A stretch of DNA of 59,791 nucleotides, filler included. It is 7 parts of 7 records of this genome, joined end to end, with 100 filler letters (N's around TTAATTAATTAA, not from the genome) between each part and the next. Parts side by side here need not be neighbours in the genome. Positions count along the whole stretch, not along the records: positions 27,856 to 32,942 come from SRR31156797_51404; positions 33,043 to 43,104 come from SRR31156797_51407; 5 more parts are not named here. One strand, given 5' to 3'. The position numbers were made by a program, and so were the translations under genes. This document shows positions 28,022 to 39,350 of this stretch, one piece after another (the stretch's first letter is position 1; each line of letters opens with the position of its first letter). The notes beneath the pieces were generated by a model. That model did no database searches. It saw nothing but the letters and a program-made list of their open reading frames with translations, and was not told the DNA's origin.

Positions 28022-29794
28022 TCAATTATTATCCATAAAGCTTTTCAACTTTCTGCTCCGGCTGGGATGTCGCAGTTTTCTGAGGGCTTTGGCTTCTATC
28101 TGCCGAATGCGCTCTCGGGTTACGCTGAAATCTCTTCCCACTTCCTCCAGGGTATGGTCCGCTTTTTCGCCAATGCCGAACCGCATTCGAAGTACTTTTT
28201 CTTCTCTCGGTGTCAAGGTTGTCAGGACTTTCCGGGTTTGTTCGGCCAAACCAAAATTGACCACGGCATCTCCCGGTGAAAGGATATTCTTGTCTTCTAT
28301 AAAATCTCCAAGATGACTGTCTTCTTCCTCTCCGATGGGGGTTTCAAGGGAGATGGGTTCTTTGGCGATTTTGAGAACCTTTCGCACTTTATCCAGTGGA
28401 AATTCCATCTTCTCGGCGATCTCTTCGGATGTGGGTTCACGTCCGTGCTCCTGAACCAGATACCGGGAAGTTCTCATGAGCTTGTTGATGGTTTCTATCA
28501 TATGGACCGGAATGCGGATGGTCCTGGCTTGGTCGGCGATGGCACGGGTAATGGCCTGCCGTATCCACCAGGTGGCGTAGGTGCTGAACTTATACCCCCG
28601 CTGGTACTCAAATTTGTCCACGGCCTTCATCAGACCGATATTGCCTTCCTGGATGAGATCCAGAAACATGAGACCGCGGTTGGTATACTTTTTTGCGATG
28701 CTGACCACCAGTCTCAGGTTGGCCTGAATCAGTTCCGATTTTGCACGGTTGGCTTTTTCAAGGCTTCTCTCCACCCGTTCCAATTCGGATTTCAGTTCCC
28801 TGGGTGTCAGGCTGGTTCTTTCTTTAACCTGCCGGATCACCCGCAGGCCTGCGTCGGCCCTGGCTTTCAGGGCAATCAGTTCGCATTTTTTCAAGTTAAT
28901 GGGATCAATAAGATCATTATCCTCGGCCGATTCAGGCATTTGTTCGATGCACCGTTTCAAATAGCTGATGGGTTTTCCACCTGCCTGCAGCATGCATTCA
29001 GCAATATGCTTATCAGCGGTTTCAACTGTTTTCAAAAGTTCCCGAAAACCCTCCAGCATATTTTCAAGCTGCCTTTTTTCAAGGCTGAAAGAACTTACAA
29101 CCGACAAAATCTTTTTCTGATCTTCTTTTATCCGAGCATTCAGCTTATTACGGGTATCTTCCGAACAGTTGCTTTTTGCTGCTTCACGCCGTTTATGGCG
29201 AATGGCTGCGTTGATTTCCTGGATCTGATCGATCAGGTGAATCAAGGATTCTTTTTTTTCACCCATCTGCATGAAGTTGTCGTCGTCATCAAGGTCATTG
29301 ATCACATCTTTAAGTTTGACTTCCGTTTCCTTGAGACAATCCCCCAGTTTGATGATATGTTCAACGCCGACGCCGCAGGTTAACAGAGCCTCCAGGGCCT
29401 CCTTTTCACCGGCTTCAATCCTTTTGGCAATTTCCACCTCTCCATCCCGCGTAAGGAGTGAAATACGGCCCATTTCCTTTAAATACATTTTGACCGGGTC
29501 TGAAATCCGCGATGTGGAGTCGGCCAGATCAAAGGAAGAAGCATTTTTGTCTTCCTGTTTAATCCGCGCATTTTTTGCGTTTTTGTGTTTTTCAATCTTC
29601 TTTTTGGCATGGTCGTCAATGACCATGATGTCCAGTTCTTCGAACATCATTATCAGGTCATCAATCTGCTCTTCCGAGGAAATGATTTCTTCAGACAGGT
29701 CATCATTCAGCTCTTCAAAGGTCACATAGCCTTTGTTTTTTCCGGTGGTGATCAACTTCTTGAGATTGACCATGTCTGTACTTTTATCCATCAT
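28022..29794 (-). CDS. rpoD: RNA polymerase primary sigma factor
   Basis: [65 protein letters not shown] places the start at 29794/29791 rather than 30007. Confidence 0.97.
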   Translation of the reverse strand: MMDKSTDMVNLKKLITTGKNKGYVTFEELNDDLSEEIISSEEQIDDLIMMFEELDIMVIDDHAKKKIEKHKNAKNARIKQEDKNASSFDLADSTSRISDPVKMYLKEMGRISLLTRDGEVEIAKRIEAGEKEALEALLTCGVGVEHIIKLGDCLKETEVKLKDVINDLDDDDNFMQMGEKKESLIHLIDQIQEINAAIRHKRREAAKSNCSEDTRNKLNARIKEDQKKILSVVSSFSLEKRQLENMLEGFRELLKTVETADKHIAECMLQAGGKPISYLKRCIEQMPESAEDNDLIDPINLKKCELIALKARADAGLRVIRQVKERTSLTPRELKSELERVERSLEKANRAKSELIQANLRLVVSIAKKYTNRGLMFLDLIQEGNIGLMKAVDKFEYQRGYKFSTYATWWIRQAITRAIADQARTIRIPVHMIETINKLMRTSRYLVQEHGREPTSEEIAEKMEFPLDKVRKVLKIAKEPISLETPIGEEEDSHLGDFIEDKNILSPGDAVVNFGLAEQTRKVLTTLTPREEKVLRMRFGIGEKADHTLEEVGRDFSVTRERIRQIEAKALRKLRHPSRSRKLKSFMDNN

Positions 29795-29811
29795 ATGGCC
29801 TCCTGAATGAT

Positions 29812-31572
29812 TCATTTTCCAAAGGGCCGGCCGGCGGCCTGTACTTTCATTTTTAAAATTTCGTTTATGGCCCGTAGGTCTCCCTTGGCCTTTTTTAATG
29901 AATCCGCTGTCATCTTTTCCTGTGCATCTTCTGTAAACTCCCGAATTGCCTGTTTTATTTCCCGGTCTGAACAGAAAGAAGGGCGAAATGCAAATTCCCG
30001 AAGCCATACCCGGTCCCCATTGTGATCAAGACGCTCCAGGATGGTCTCAAAGGTCATCTCATCTGTTTTTCCACACCCGTCAAAGATGACATCCACAATC
30101 CTTCGGATCATGGGGTCGGAAATGAGCCTCCTGCAGTGATGGCCTTTCAGGTCCGCAACCGTTTGAGGATAATGCAACAAAAGATTGAGAAGTTGAATTT
30201 CTCTAAAGGGCTTGTTTGCATTCGCGGATGCAAATTGGCCTTTTATTTCTTGTTTGAGGCGACTTTTCTCCGAGGACTGTTTGACGCCCTTTAACGCGGA
30301 AATGACCACGGATTCCCCAATATCGGTTCTTTCAGAGAGCCTTTTCACGTACAAAGCCCGTTGGGTTTCATTGCGGACCTTTGCCAGAATGGGGAGTATT
30401 TCTTCCAGAATGTTGACTTTGTGATCAATGTTTTCGGTGCCTTGTCCCAGCCTGTGATCCATATAGAAATCAAACAGGGAAGGCGCCGCGTCCAGAAGTT
30501 TCGAAAAAGCCTCCAAATCTTTGGTATTGATAAAGCTGTCGGGATCATGACCATCGGGCAACACAACCGCTTTTGCCGAAAGCCTTTCATTTAGAAAAAT
30601 GGGCAAGGTTCTCAAAGCGGCCGCCTTTCCCGCTTCATCAGCGTCAAACACCACAACCGCCTCTTTTCCGATCCCCTTAAGCTTTCGGACGGGTGTTTCG
30701 GAGAGTGCGGTGCCTAAAGTTGCCACCACCTCTTTCAGCCCATGTTTTCTGAGAGCCAGACAGTCCATATAGCCTTCCACCACAACGGCACGCCCTGTTT
30801 CCCGAATGGCACTTCTGGCAGCGGAGAAACCGTATAAGCACGTGCCTTTATGGAAAAGCGGCGTTTCAGGTGTGTTGACATATTTCGGCAGGGCATCATC
30901 AAGGACCCTGCCGCCAAAACCGATGACCCGCTGTTTCTGGGTCAGATCCATTATGGGAAACATCACCCTTTCCCTGAACAGGTCGTAATAATGACCCTTG
31001 TCACTCCGTTTGAGGACGCCTGCGGCAAGCGCCGTTTCAAGGGATAGGTTTTTGCTCATAAGAGACCGCTTCAAGCCATCCCACCCTTTCGGTGCATAGC
31101 CCAGGCGGAACTCTTTTATGATGTTGTGGGGAATGGACCGCTTTTCTAAATAATCACGTCCGGGTTTTCCTCTGACCGGATGGGCCAGCTCGTTTTGAAA
31201 ATAGACGGCCGCCTGTTCGTTAACTTTGTAGAGGTTTTCTCTGTAATCCGCTTTCTTTTTTTCTTCTGCCGTAAAATGCTTTTCAGGTAGCCGTACATTG
31301 TATTTTTCAGCCAGATCCCTCAGCGCTTCGGGGAAACTCAGGCTGTGATATTCCATCCAGAAAGCAAAAACATCCCCACCCTTCTTGCATCCGAAGCAAT
31401 GGAACATCTGCTTATCCTGACTGACCGTGAAAGAAGGTGCCTTTTCTCCATGAAAAGGGCAAAGCCCCACAAAATTTTTCCCCGCCTTTCTGAGTTGAAC
31501 GAACTGGCCCACAACCGAAACGATATCGGCAGCCTGTTTTATCTCCTCTTTGGCAGACTGATGGCTTATCAT
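29812..31572 (-). CDS. dnaG: DNA primase
   Basis: CPFHGEK..HCFGC zinc finger, [25 protein letters not shown]. Confidence 0.97.
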   Translation of the reverse strand: MISHQSAKEEIKQAADIVSVVGQFVQLRKAGKNFVGLCPFHGEKAPSFTVSQDKQMFHCFGCKKGGDVFAFWMEYHSLSFPEALRDLAEKYNVRLPEKHFTAEEKKKADYRENLYKVNEQAAVYFQNELAHPVRGKPGRDYLEKRSIPHNIIKEFRLGYAPKGWDGLKRSLMSKNLSLETALAAGVLKRSDKGHYYDLFRERVMFPIMDLTQKQRVIGFGGRVLDDALPKYVNTPETPLFHKGTCLYGFSAARSAIRETGRAVVVEGYMDCLALRKHGLKEVVATLGTALSETPVRKLKGIGKEAVVVFDADEAGKAAALRTLPIFLNERLSAKAVVLPDGHDPDSFINTKDLEAFSKLLDAAPSLFDFYMDHRLGQGTENIDHKVNILEEILPILAKVRNETQRALYVKRLSERTDIGESVVISALKGVKQSSEKSRLKQEIKGQFASANANKPFREIQLLNLLLHYPQTVADLKGHHCRRLISDPMIRRIVDVIFDGCGKTDEMTFETILERLDHNGDRVWLREFAFRPSFCSDREIKQAIREFTEDAQEKMTADSLKKAKGDLRAINEILKMKVQAAGRPFGK

Positions 31573-31677
31573 GGGTTGTTCTACATTCCCTGCGGCTCAG
31601 TTGCCGAAAAAGTTATCGATCAACAGATGTGCTGTTCCGGCAAAAACAAAGGACAGGGTATACAAATCTATTGATCA

Positions 31678-31713
31678 TAAAAATGCCTGACGGGATTGTT
31701 CCACCGTACAGGC
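31678..31713 (-). terminator. Possible intrinsic terminator downstream of the YqeY gene
   Basis: Minus strand GCCTG-ACGG..CCGTCAGGC stem followed by ATTTTT. Confidence 0.4.
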
Positions 31714-31837
31714 CGTGTCAAAAAATATTCATTTTTTGTATGCGATGCCGGAGGTTAAGGGAGTTCTTCATGAGGAATTTAGAGAGTCTAAAACAGAAAA
31801 CACTCGCTGAAGTCCCAAAGCCACTTTATGCATACTT

Positions 31838-32281
31838 TCAGGCCAAAAGCCTTTTGGCAATTTCATTAACCTCCTTGCCCTGGGCTTTTCCCGCCATCCT
31901 CGGCATGGCCATTTTCATTATTTTTCCAAGGTCCGATGGTTTTTCAGCGGATAATTCTGAAATTATTTCCCTGAGTATCTTTTCGATATCCTCCGGGGTC
32001 AGCTGCCGGGGCAAATAGCCATAAAAGATCGCCACCTCTGTTTCTTCCTTAAGCGCAAGATCCTCCCGGCCCGCATTCCTGAATTCTTTTGCAGACTCCT
32101 TGCCCTTTTTAACCAGGGAAGAAATAACACCCTGAATCTCCTGGTCTTTCAATTTCCGTTGTTTTTCCACTTGTAGATTTTTGAGTGCGGTCTTCAGCAT
32201 TCTCAAACAGGAAAGGCGAAGGGTATCCTTTTCCTTCATGGCTTTCTTCAGATCTTCAACGATTTTCTCATCAAGCGGCAT
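31838..32281 (-). CDS. GatB/YqeY domain protein
   Basis: DLKKAMKEKD..LRMLK, GREDL..E, YLPRQL, DLGKIMK. Confidence 0.92.
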   Translation of the reverse strand: MPLDEKIVEDLKKAMKEKDTLRLSCLRMLKTALKNLQVEKQRKLKDQEIQGVISSLVKKGKESAKEFRNAGREDLALKEETEVAIFYGYLPRQLTPEDIEKILREIISELSAEKPSDLGKIMKMAMPRMAGKAQGKEVNEIAKRLLA

Positions 32282-32412
32282 GAAATTTTACCCGTGACCA
32301 AGGTCGAAAACTGACAATGATCGGTTTTGTATTGCAAACAAGCACTTTCCAACATTATGACGCGTCTGCAAAATGTCAACCGGCATTTTAGCAGATTGTG
32401 TTGTTTGTTCTT

Positions 32413-32942
32413 TTATCGGCAGGCTTTAATGGCGGCGGCCAGATCAAGGCTGCCGTCATAAAGTGCACGTCCGGTGATAAGACCCATAACCCCGTCAGCG
32501 GCCAGGGGAAGGATTCTTAACACATCATCCATTTCGGAAATACCGCCGGAGGCGATGACCGGAATGCCGGTTGTTCCGGCCAGGGCCCCGGTTGCTTCCA
32601 CATTGCAACCGGTTCTCATGCCGTCACGGTTGATGTCCGTGTAAATAATCGCCGCCAGGCCGTCATCTTCAAACTGTTTGGCAAGGGTGGCGGGGGTCAG
32701 GTTTATTTCTTCCGTCCACCCTTCTACCGCAATGCGGTTGTTTCGTGCATCAATGCCCAGAATGATTTGACCCGGATACAAGCGGCAGGCCTCTTTGACA
32801 AAGCCCGGGTCTTTGTAAGCCACTGTTCCCAGAATTACATATTGAAGTCCCAGATCAAAATAGGCACGAAGCGTCACCATGTCCCGCACGCCGCCACCCA
32901 ACTCCACGGGAATGGGAACGGATTCAACGATTCGGCTGATGG
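32413..32942 (-). CDS. hisA: ProFAR isomerase (5' truncated)
   Basis: ELGGGVR, ILGIDAR, YTDINRDG, VIASGG, GRALYDG. Confidence 0.93.
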
Positions 32943-33042
32943 NNNNNNNNNNNNNNNNNNNNNNNNNNNNNNNNNNNNNNNNNNNNTTAATTAATTAANN
33001 NNNNNNNNNNNNNNNNNNNNNNNNNNNNNNNNNNNNNNNNNN
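32943..33042. other. Artificial contig linker
   Basis: N-TTAATTAATTAA-N. Confidence 0.99.
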
Positions 33043-33501
33043 TCAGGAGCCGTCGTCTGGGAAGGGACGGTAACGGTGGAGGTCCTGGATTATCCTCTTC
33101 CCGCGTTACGCCTCTCCGGGCCGGAGCCTCAGTCATTGCTGAGAAATGCCATGTCTCTGCTCGAGGCGGGAAGAGAGTTGGCCCAGGGGCATAGGCCCGG
33201 GAAAGAGAAGACGGAGGGGCCAGTGCGGGCGGGTATTTTCTTTGCCGGAGAGGGCGGTCTTATAAAGGCCTGCCTGGTGTTTTATAGACCCGCAGAGGAT
33301 GGGGAGGGCGGCGCCCGTAGTGGGGGGGAGGCCGCGAAGAGAGCTGCCGCCGCGGCGGGGGCTTTGTCCAGGACTTCGCCTCCCGTCGACGGTGAAGACC
33401 TGTCCCGGTGGATAGAAGCCCGCTTCCGGCGATGCCGGCCCGGCGGGGTGTTTGGAAATAAAACAACGGAAGAACTACTCTCCCTTCTCCGGAGAGCATA
33501 A
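33043..33501 (+). CDS. Hypothetical protein, C-terminal part
   Basis: Frame open from the contig edge; stops 11 nt before nagA. Confidence 0.45.
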   Translation, partial: SGAVVWEGTVTVEVLDYPLPALRLSGPEPQSLLRNAMSLLEAGRELAQGHRPGKEKTEGPVRAGIFFAGEGGLIKACLVFYRPAEDGEGGARSGGEAAKRAAAAAGALSRTSPPVDGEDLSRWIEARFRRCRPGGVFGNKTTEELLSLLRRA

Positions 33502-33512
33502 GGAAGAACGAT

Positions 33513-34676
33513 ATGAACAAGATATGGCTTATCAATGGAACGGTCGTGACCGGTTACACCATACAGGAGGAGTGCTGCGTCTATATCGAAGACGGGCAGA
33601 TCGGAGACGTGCTCAGCCTCAAGCGTTTCAATAGCAGGAACGTGGATGCGGATACCCTTGTCTACGATGTCCGGGGGGCCTGGATCGCTCCGGGGCTGAT
33701 AGACAGCCATATCCACGGTTTCGGCGGCTTCGGCACGGAGGACTGCGATCCCGATGCCATACTCCGCATGTCCGCGGCCCTGGCTGAGCACGGGGTCACC
33801 TCCTTCTGTCCGACGGTCTACTCGGACGATGAGGAGCCCATGACGGAGGCTGTGAAGGCTATCGTCGCCGCCGCTCCCAAGGTCGAAGGGGCCGAGGTAC
33901 TGGGGATCCATCTGGAAGGGCCCTTCATCTCGCCCAAGAGGATGGGCGCCCAGGGCGGTTACAGCCCCGTCGATCTGGATCTTATGGAGAGGCTCTACCG
34001 GACGGGGGAGGGATTGATCAGCAATATGACCGTGGCCCCCGAGCTCAAGAAGATGAGGGAGCTGGCTCTGTACTGCGTCAAGAAGGGGATCGTTCTGCAA
34101 GCCGGGCATACGGATGCGGCCTATGAAAACATGCTGGAGGGGATGCAGGCCGGCATCCTCCACTCCACACACTTTTTCAACGCCATGAGCCGTCTGCACC
34201 ACCGGAACCCGGGTGCCGTCGGCGCCATCATGATCCATCCCGACATGTCCTGTGAGATCATCGCCGACGGGGAGCATGTGCATCCCGAGCTGATCCGCCT
34301 TCTCCTGCGGGGAAAGCCGGTGAACAAGGTCGTTCTGGTGACCGACGCCCTGAAGGCTACGGCCCAGAAAGAGGGGACGCTGATCGCCAATCATGAAGAG
34401 GTGCTGTTCGAGGACAATGTCTTTAAGAAGATGGACGGCGTTCTGGCCGGAAGCGGTCTGACCATGATGAAGGGGATCAGGAACCTGGTCGCCTGGCAGG
34501 TTCCCGTGGAACAGGCCGTACTGATGGCCACCGATAATCCCGCCCGTATCCTCGGCTTTACGAAAAAGGGCGGCCTCGTGCCCGGCCACGACGCGGATGT
34601 TACGGTTTTCGACAAGCAGTTCAATGTGATGATGACCCTTGTGGGGGGGCGTATTGTCAAGAACCTTCTCGCCTGA
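33513..34676 (+). CDS. nagA: N-acetylglucosamine-6-phosphate deacetylase
   Basis: PGLIDSHIHG, GIHLEGPF, TVAPE, GHTDA, HFFNAM, IADGEHVHP, LVTDA, LAGS. Confidence 0.95.
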   Translation: MNKIWLINGTVVTGYTIQEECCVYIEDGQIGDVLSLKRFNSRNVDADTLVYDVRGAWIAPGLIDSHIHGFGGFGTEDCDPDAILRMSAALAEHGVTSFCPTVYSDDEEPMTEAVKAIVAAAPKVEGAEVLGIHLEGPFISPKRMGAQGGYSPVDLDLMERLYRTGEGLISNMTVAPELKKMRELALYCVKKGIVLQAGHTDAAYENMLEGMQAGILHSTHFFNAMSRLHHRNPGAVGAIMIHPDMSCEIIADGEHVHPELIRLLLRGKPVNKVVLVTDALKATAQKEGTLIANHEEVLFEDNVFKKMDGVLAGSGLTMMKGIRNLVAWQVPVEQAVLMATDNPARILGFTKKGGLVPGHDADVTVFDKQFNVMMTLVGGRIVKNLLA

Positions 34677-34878
34677 AACAGGCCTCGGGCGCCGAAGTTT
34701 TCCGGATGAATCCCCCTTCTCCTGTTAATCCGGACGGCTCTTCGGAGCCGGTCCGGGAAGCTTTTTTCAATAAAATGACTGATTTTGTCAAAATCACCCT
34801 ATCTTTTGAAAATATCTCATATGGCCCGATCCGAAGAATGGGGTGGATAATAGTCCCACAAACCATTTGGAGGAACAA

Positions 34879-36174
34879 ATGAAAAGATCACTTATCCTTC
34901 TGCTGCTCGCACTGTGCGCTTTCAACCTCAGTGCCGCCGGACAGCAGGAAGCCGACAACGACGGTCCCGTAACCATCGAGTTCTGGACCCATGAAGACCC
35001 CAACCGCGACGCCATCGAAACCCGCTATGTCGAGGAGTTCATGGCTTCCCATCCCGATGTAACCGTAAACCGCGTTACCCACTCTTCCAAGAAGATTTTC
35101 GAGCTGGTCCTGACCGCTTTCGCTGCCAACGCCGGACCCGATGTCTTTAATATGCAGATCGAGCAGGCCTACTCCTATATCGTCAATGAGCGCGTCGCGC
35201 CCGTCGATTACCTGGCCGCCGGCTATGTGGATGCCGAAGACATGCAGGACAAGTTCGTCGAGGGATCCCTCGATTCCGTCATCATGGACGGAGAGGTTTA
35301 CGGCATTCCCCTGGAGCTCAACAATTGGGCCGTATACCTGAACAAGAGAGTCTTTGCCGACGCCGGTCTGGATGCCGAGAAAGACTATCCCAAGACCTGG
35401 GAAGAGATGGCCGACATCTCTGAAAAGCTGGTTCTCAGAGACGGCGAGATCATCACCCGCCGCGGTTTCGACTTCCGCTATCCCTACTACCTGATCTCCA
35501 TGATCCCCATGGTAGAGCAGCTGGGCGGTAAGCTGGTCAGCGAAGACGGCAAGACCGCTATCCTCGGCGATGACGCCTGGATCCAGTTCCTGACCTATAT
35601 GCAGGAGTGGGGCCCCAACGGCAGAAACCTCGGTTCTCCCACCTACAAGAACGGCCGGAAGCTGTTCAACATGGACAACAACGACATGGGCATGTGTCTT
35701 TCCGGACTCTACCAGGAAGCCCGCATCAGGAGCGACAACCAGGAATTCTACGACAGCGGCGACTGGATGATCATCCCCTATCCCACCTTCGAAAACGCCG
35801 TCAACGACGTAGCGAGCTGCTTCTACGGCCAGTACTACATGGTTAACGCCCAGAATCCCGCCAAGGATATCAAGACCGCCTGGGAGCTTACCGGATACAT
35901 GATGAGCCACGAAGAGGAGTACCTCAAGGCTGTTAACATCATTCCCCCTTCCAAGAAGCTGATGAACTCCGAAACCTTCAAGAACATGCCCTATTCCGAC
36001 GTGTTCGAGAACGATCTGGCCAGAGCTCACGTGGTTTACACCGCCGAGAACGGAGCCAAGATGGAAGAGCTCGTGAAGGAAGCTGTCGAGTCCGTTATGC
36101 TGAGCGGCATCTCTCCCGTAAAGGCTCACGCCACCCTGAAGGCCAAGGCCCAGGAACTGCTGGACGAGATGTAA
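34879..36174 (+). CDS. Sugar ABC transporter substrate-binding protein
   Basis: GGAGG RBS before ATG 34879; spirochaete-style AAGQQE signal; GEVYGIP, YLNKRVF..AG, PKTWEEM. Confidence 0.9.
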   Translation: MKRSLILLLLALCAFNLSAAGQQEADNDGPVTIEFWTHEDPNRDAIETRYVEEFMASHPDVTVNRVTHSSKKIFELVLTAFAANAGPDVFNMQIEQAYSYIVNERVAPVDYLAAGYVDAEDMQDKFVEGSLDSVIMDGEVYGIPLELNNWAVYLNKRVFADAGLDAEKDYPKTWEEMADISEKLVLRDGEIITRRGFDFRYPYYLISMIPMVEQLGGKLVSEDGKTAILGDDAWIQFLTYMQEWGPNGRNLGSPTYKNGRKLFNMDNNDMGMCLSGLYQEARIRSDNQEFYDSGDWMIIPYPTFENAVNDVASCFYGQYYMVNAQNPAKDIKTAWELTGYMMSHEEEYLKAVNIIPPSKKLMNSETFKNMPYSDVFENDLARAHVVYTAENGAKMEELVKEAVESVMLSGISPVKAHATLKAKAQELLDEM

Positions 36175-36209
36175 GGATCATCCGATCCTGTTTGTGAAAT
36201 GATAATTAC

Positions 36210-36243
36210 GGGAGGCCCTTGGAAACGGGGCCTCCCTTTTCTT
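36210..36243 (+). terminator. Stem-loop/terminator after the binding-protein gene
   Basis: GGGAGGCCC..GGGCCTCCC followed by TTTTCTT. Confidence 0.75.
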
Positions 36244-36256
36244 AGGAGTATCTGTT

Positions 36257-37168
36257 ATGGGAAAATCCGCCAAGACGGGTAAGATTGAAAGAAAGCTGGC
36301 CCGCTGGGGAGTCATATTCGTCGCCCCTTCCATCGTCTTTTTCTCGGTGTTCAGTTTCTATCCCATCTTTATGGCTTTCTATACGAGCCTTTTCAAGAAG
36401 AACCTTCTCTCCCTGAAGAAGCCGACCTTTGTCGGCCTGGGACACTATAAGTACCTCTTCAGTTCTCCGGATTTCTGGAATTCCGTTGAGGCCACCTTTG
36501 TTTTCGCTCTGGGAACCTTCCTTCCCATTCTGGTGCTGAGTCTGATGCTAGCCGCCTTTATTATGAATGTCCCCAAGGCCAGAAAGTTTTTCCAGATGGC
36601 CTATTACACGCCGGCGGTTATCTCCTCCGTAGTATCCGCCGCCATATGGCTTCTGATCTTCGACCCCCGGGGGCTGGCCAATCAGTGGATGAACTTTATG
36701 ATGAACACCCCCGGTATCGATCACCGCTGGCTGGCCGGGAGCATAGCCGTCCGGGTTTCCACGATGATCGTCTATTTCTGGAAGTACATCGGCTACTTCG
36801 TGATCATCTTCATCTCCGGTCTGGCGTCCATTCCCCCCAGCATGTACGAGGCCGCCCGCATCGACGGCGCCGACCGCTGGCAGTCGTTCTGGAGGATCAC
36901 CTTCCCCCTGCTGAAGCCGACGGTGGTCCTGGTCTCCATCATGAGTATGCTCCAGTGTCTCAAGACCTTCTCGACCCAGTACCTCTTCACTCAGTCGGGA
37001 GCGCCTCAGGCGCCGATCAACGTGATCACCCTGAATATCTACAACACCGGTATCCGGGACTTCCGGATCGGCCGCGCCAGCGCCATGAGTATCGTCCTGT
37101 TCTCCCTGATGCTCTTCTTCACATGGCTGCAGTTCAAGCTCTCCAAGGCCGATGAGACGAGTTACTAA
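36257..37168 (+). CDS. Sugar ABC transporter permease (MalF-like)
   Basis: EAA motif MYEAARIDGA..FWRITFPLLKP; multiple TM segments. Confidence 0.93.
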   Translation: MGKSAKTGKIERKLARWGVIFVAPSIVFFSVFSFYPIFMAFYTSLFKKNLLSLKKPTFVGLGHYKYLFSSPDFWNSVEATFVFALGTFLPILVLSLMLAAFIMNVPKARKFFQMAYYTPAVISSVVSAAIWLLIFDPRGLANQWMNFMMNTPGIDHRWLAGSIAVRVSTMIVYFWKYIGYFVIIFISGLASIPPSMYEAARIDGADRWQSFWRITFPLLKPTVVLVSIMSMLQCLKTFSTQYLFTQSGAPQAPINVITLNIYNTGIRDFRIGRASAMSIVLFSLMLFFTWLQFKLSKADETSY

Positions 37169-38030
37169 GGAGTATATGATGATATCCGAGACCTACAAAG
37201 AAAAGGGAGCACTGGTCATCATGTATGCCGTACTGATCGCCGTCGTGATCTTTACCGTTGCCCCCCTGCTTTTTATGACAACAGCGTCCTTTATGCCCTC
37301 CAAGGAGATCGTAAAGATGCCTTTCCGATGGATCCCCCAGGGATTCCACTGGCCCAATTTCTACAAGGCCGTTGCCGGAAACGACGGCAAGTTCATGTTC
37401 CCCGTGACCCTCTGGAACTCCCTGATCGTGGCTCTGGCGGTTACGGTGACCACCGTCTTCCTGGCCTGTATGACCGGCTACGGGCTGGCCAAGTTCAAAT
37501 TCCGGGGACGGATGGTCGTGTTCCTGATGATCATGGCCACCATGATGATACCCTTTGAGGCCATCATGATCCCCCTGTATCTGGTCACCACCAAGATGGG
37601 GCTGCAGAACAGCTACGGCGGATTGATCATACCCTTTATGGTCAACGCCTTCGGCGTTTTTATGATGCGCCAGTACCTGATCACCTTCCCCGATGAGTTC
37701 CTGGAGGCCGCCCGTATAGACGGCATGGGCGAGATGCGGATCTTCTGGTCCATTATCTTCCCCAACAGCGGACCCACCATCGCCACCCTGGCCATCCTCT
37801 CCTTCCGGGCCCAATGGGACAACCTGCTCTGGCCCCTGCTGGTTATCCAGTCGGAGAAGATGAAGACCGTTCCCCTGTACATCGTTAAGTTCACCACCGA
37901 AAAGCACAGCGACGAGGGAGCTATGATGGCGGTGGCCCTGCTGGCCAGCATTCCCATGTTCGTTCTCTTCTTCGCCCTGTCCGAGTACTTTATCGGCGGT
38001 TCGGCTGTCTACTCCTCAAGGAAGGGCTGA
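37152..38030 (+). CDS. Sugar ABC transporter permease (MalG-like)
   Basis: FLEAARIDG, WDNLLWPL; exact start uncertain. Confidence 0.93.
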   Translation: MRRVTKEYMMISETYKEKGALVIMYAVLIAVVIFTVAPLLFMTTASFMPSKEIVKMPFRWIPQGFHWPNFYKAVAGNDGKFMFPVTLWNSLIVALAVTVTTVFLACMTGYGLAKFKFRGRMVVFLMIMATMMIPFEAIMIPLYLVTTKMGLQNSYGGLIIPFMVNAFGVFMMRQYLITFPDEFLEAARIDGMGEMRIFWSIIFPNSGPTIATLAILSFRAQWDNLLWPLLVIQSEKMKTVPLYIVKFTTEKHSDEGAMMAVALLASIPMFVLFFALSEYFIGGSAVYSSRKG

Positions 38031-38602
38031 TGCTTTATATATTCGATATGGGAGGCGTCGTCCTGCACGGAGTGTTCGAGCTGCAGGATATTCTAAAGGA
38101 GCAGGGTCTCGACAGTGATGCGAAGGCCCTCTATTGCGACAGCCTGATGGACGACCTCTCGGCGGGGAGAATCGACGAGGCCGCCTACTGGGAGGCCTTC
38201 AACAGAAGCTACGGAAGCTCTGTGGCGGGAGACCGCTGGGGCAAGACTTTCCGTCCCCGGCTGGACCGGGATATGTGCGATTTCATCCAGGATCTGAGGA
38301 CCGGCGGCCAGCGTGTCGTCTGCGGTTCCAATACCTTTGATTCCCATTACCGCATCAGTGTGGAACGGGGGGATTACGACTGTTTCGACAAGGTCTACGC
38401 CTCCCATCTGATGGGCAGCGCCAAGCCGGATCCCAGGTTCTGGCAATCCATCCTGGAGGCCGAGGGAGCCGAACCAGGAGAAACGGTCTTTGTGGATGAT
38501 TTCGCCCTCAATGTGAAGGCGGCGGAACGGCTCGGGATCAGGGCTTACCTGTTCCGGGATCTTCCGACCCTTCGGGAGGAGCTGGCTCTTCCGACCCGCT
38601 GA
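38030..38602 (+). CDS. HAD family phosphatase
   Basis: IFDMGGV, SN, KPDP, FVDD..NV motifs. Confidence 0.9.
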   Translation: MLYIFDMGGVVLHGVFELQDILKEQGLDSDAKALYCDSLMDDLSAGRIDEAAYWEAFNRSYGSSVAGDRWGKTFRPRLDRDMCDFIQDLRTGGQRVVCGSNTFDSHYRISVERGDYDCFDKVYASHLMGSAKPDPRFWQSILEAEGAEPGETVFVDDFALNVKAAERLGIRAYLFRDLPTLREELALPTR

Positions 38603-39350
38603 AACCGTTGAGATAGCGGCTGGGGGTCATTCCGATCTGCTTTCGGAAGACCTCGCTGAAATAACTCATATCCCGGAATCCCGTCTGACGGGCGATTTCG
38701 TTGATCCTCAGGCTCTGGTCCTTCATAAGTTCCAGAGCCTTTTTCAGTCTGTAGTTCCTCAGGTACTCCAGGAAGGTCAGGGAAATCTTCTGCTTGAACA
38801 GCCTGGACAGATAGCTTTCGCTGATGCCGATCGATTCGGCCGCGTCCCTCAGGGATATGTCGCCCGTATAGTTCCCCTTGATATAGTCGATGGCTCCGTT
38901 GATGTAAAAATCCTGCTTATCCGTTTTGAGAGGGGCCATATACTCCCGGAAGGGGGAACTGGGAAGCCGCTCCTCTTCCTTCCGCTTCAGCAGCTCCCCG
39001 GTGACCTTTTTCAGGGCGCTGTGGAATTCCTCCGTGTCCACGGGCTTGACGATGTAGTCGCATACCCCCAGGCGGATGGCCTCCCGGGCATAGCTGAAGT
39101 CGCTGAAGCCTGTCAGGATCATGGCGGCGGGAGGCCGGGTATTCTGCAGCATGGTTATGCCGTCGCGCCCGGGCATGCGGATATCGGTGATGACCAGATC
39201 CGGCTTCAGGTCCCTGATCATCTGTTCCCCTTCGACGCCGTTGGCGGCCTCTCCCGCCACCTCGCAGGAGAAATCCTCCCACGACGTCGTCGAGACGATC
39301 TCGCGGCGCATCAGATCTTCATCTTCAACGATCAGTACTCTCAGTTTCAT
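38538..39350 (-). CDS. Response regulator, REC plus AraC HTH (YesN-like)
   Basis: IVEDE, TDIRMP, YIVKP; SESYLSRLFK, GF..SYFS..FRK..GMTP. Confidence 0.93.
   Translation of the reverse strand: MKLRVLIVEDEDLMRREIVSTTSWEDFSCEVAGEAANGVEGEQMIRDLKPDLVITDIRMPGRDGITMLQNTRPPAAMILTGFSDFSYAREAIRLGVCDYIVKPVDTEEFHSALKKVTGELLKRKEEERLPSSPFREYMAPLKTDKQDFYINGAIDYIKGNYTGDISLRDAAESIGISESYLSRLFKQKISLTFLEYLRNYRLKKALELMKDQSLRINEIARQTGFRDMSYFSEVFRKQIGMTPSRYLNGFSGSEEPAPPEGSEDPGTGKP

Noticed and set aside
29795-30007. N-terminal extension of RpoD overlapping dnaG
   Set aside because: The GGAGG RBS supports a start at 29794/29791; the extension is an ORF-caller artefact.
38538-38602. 65-nt convergent overlap of the HAD and response regulator genes
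   Set aside because: The overlap is a low-complexity tail, common in GC-rich genomes.
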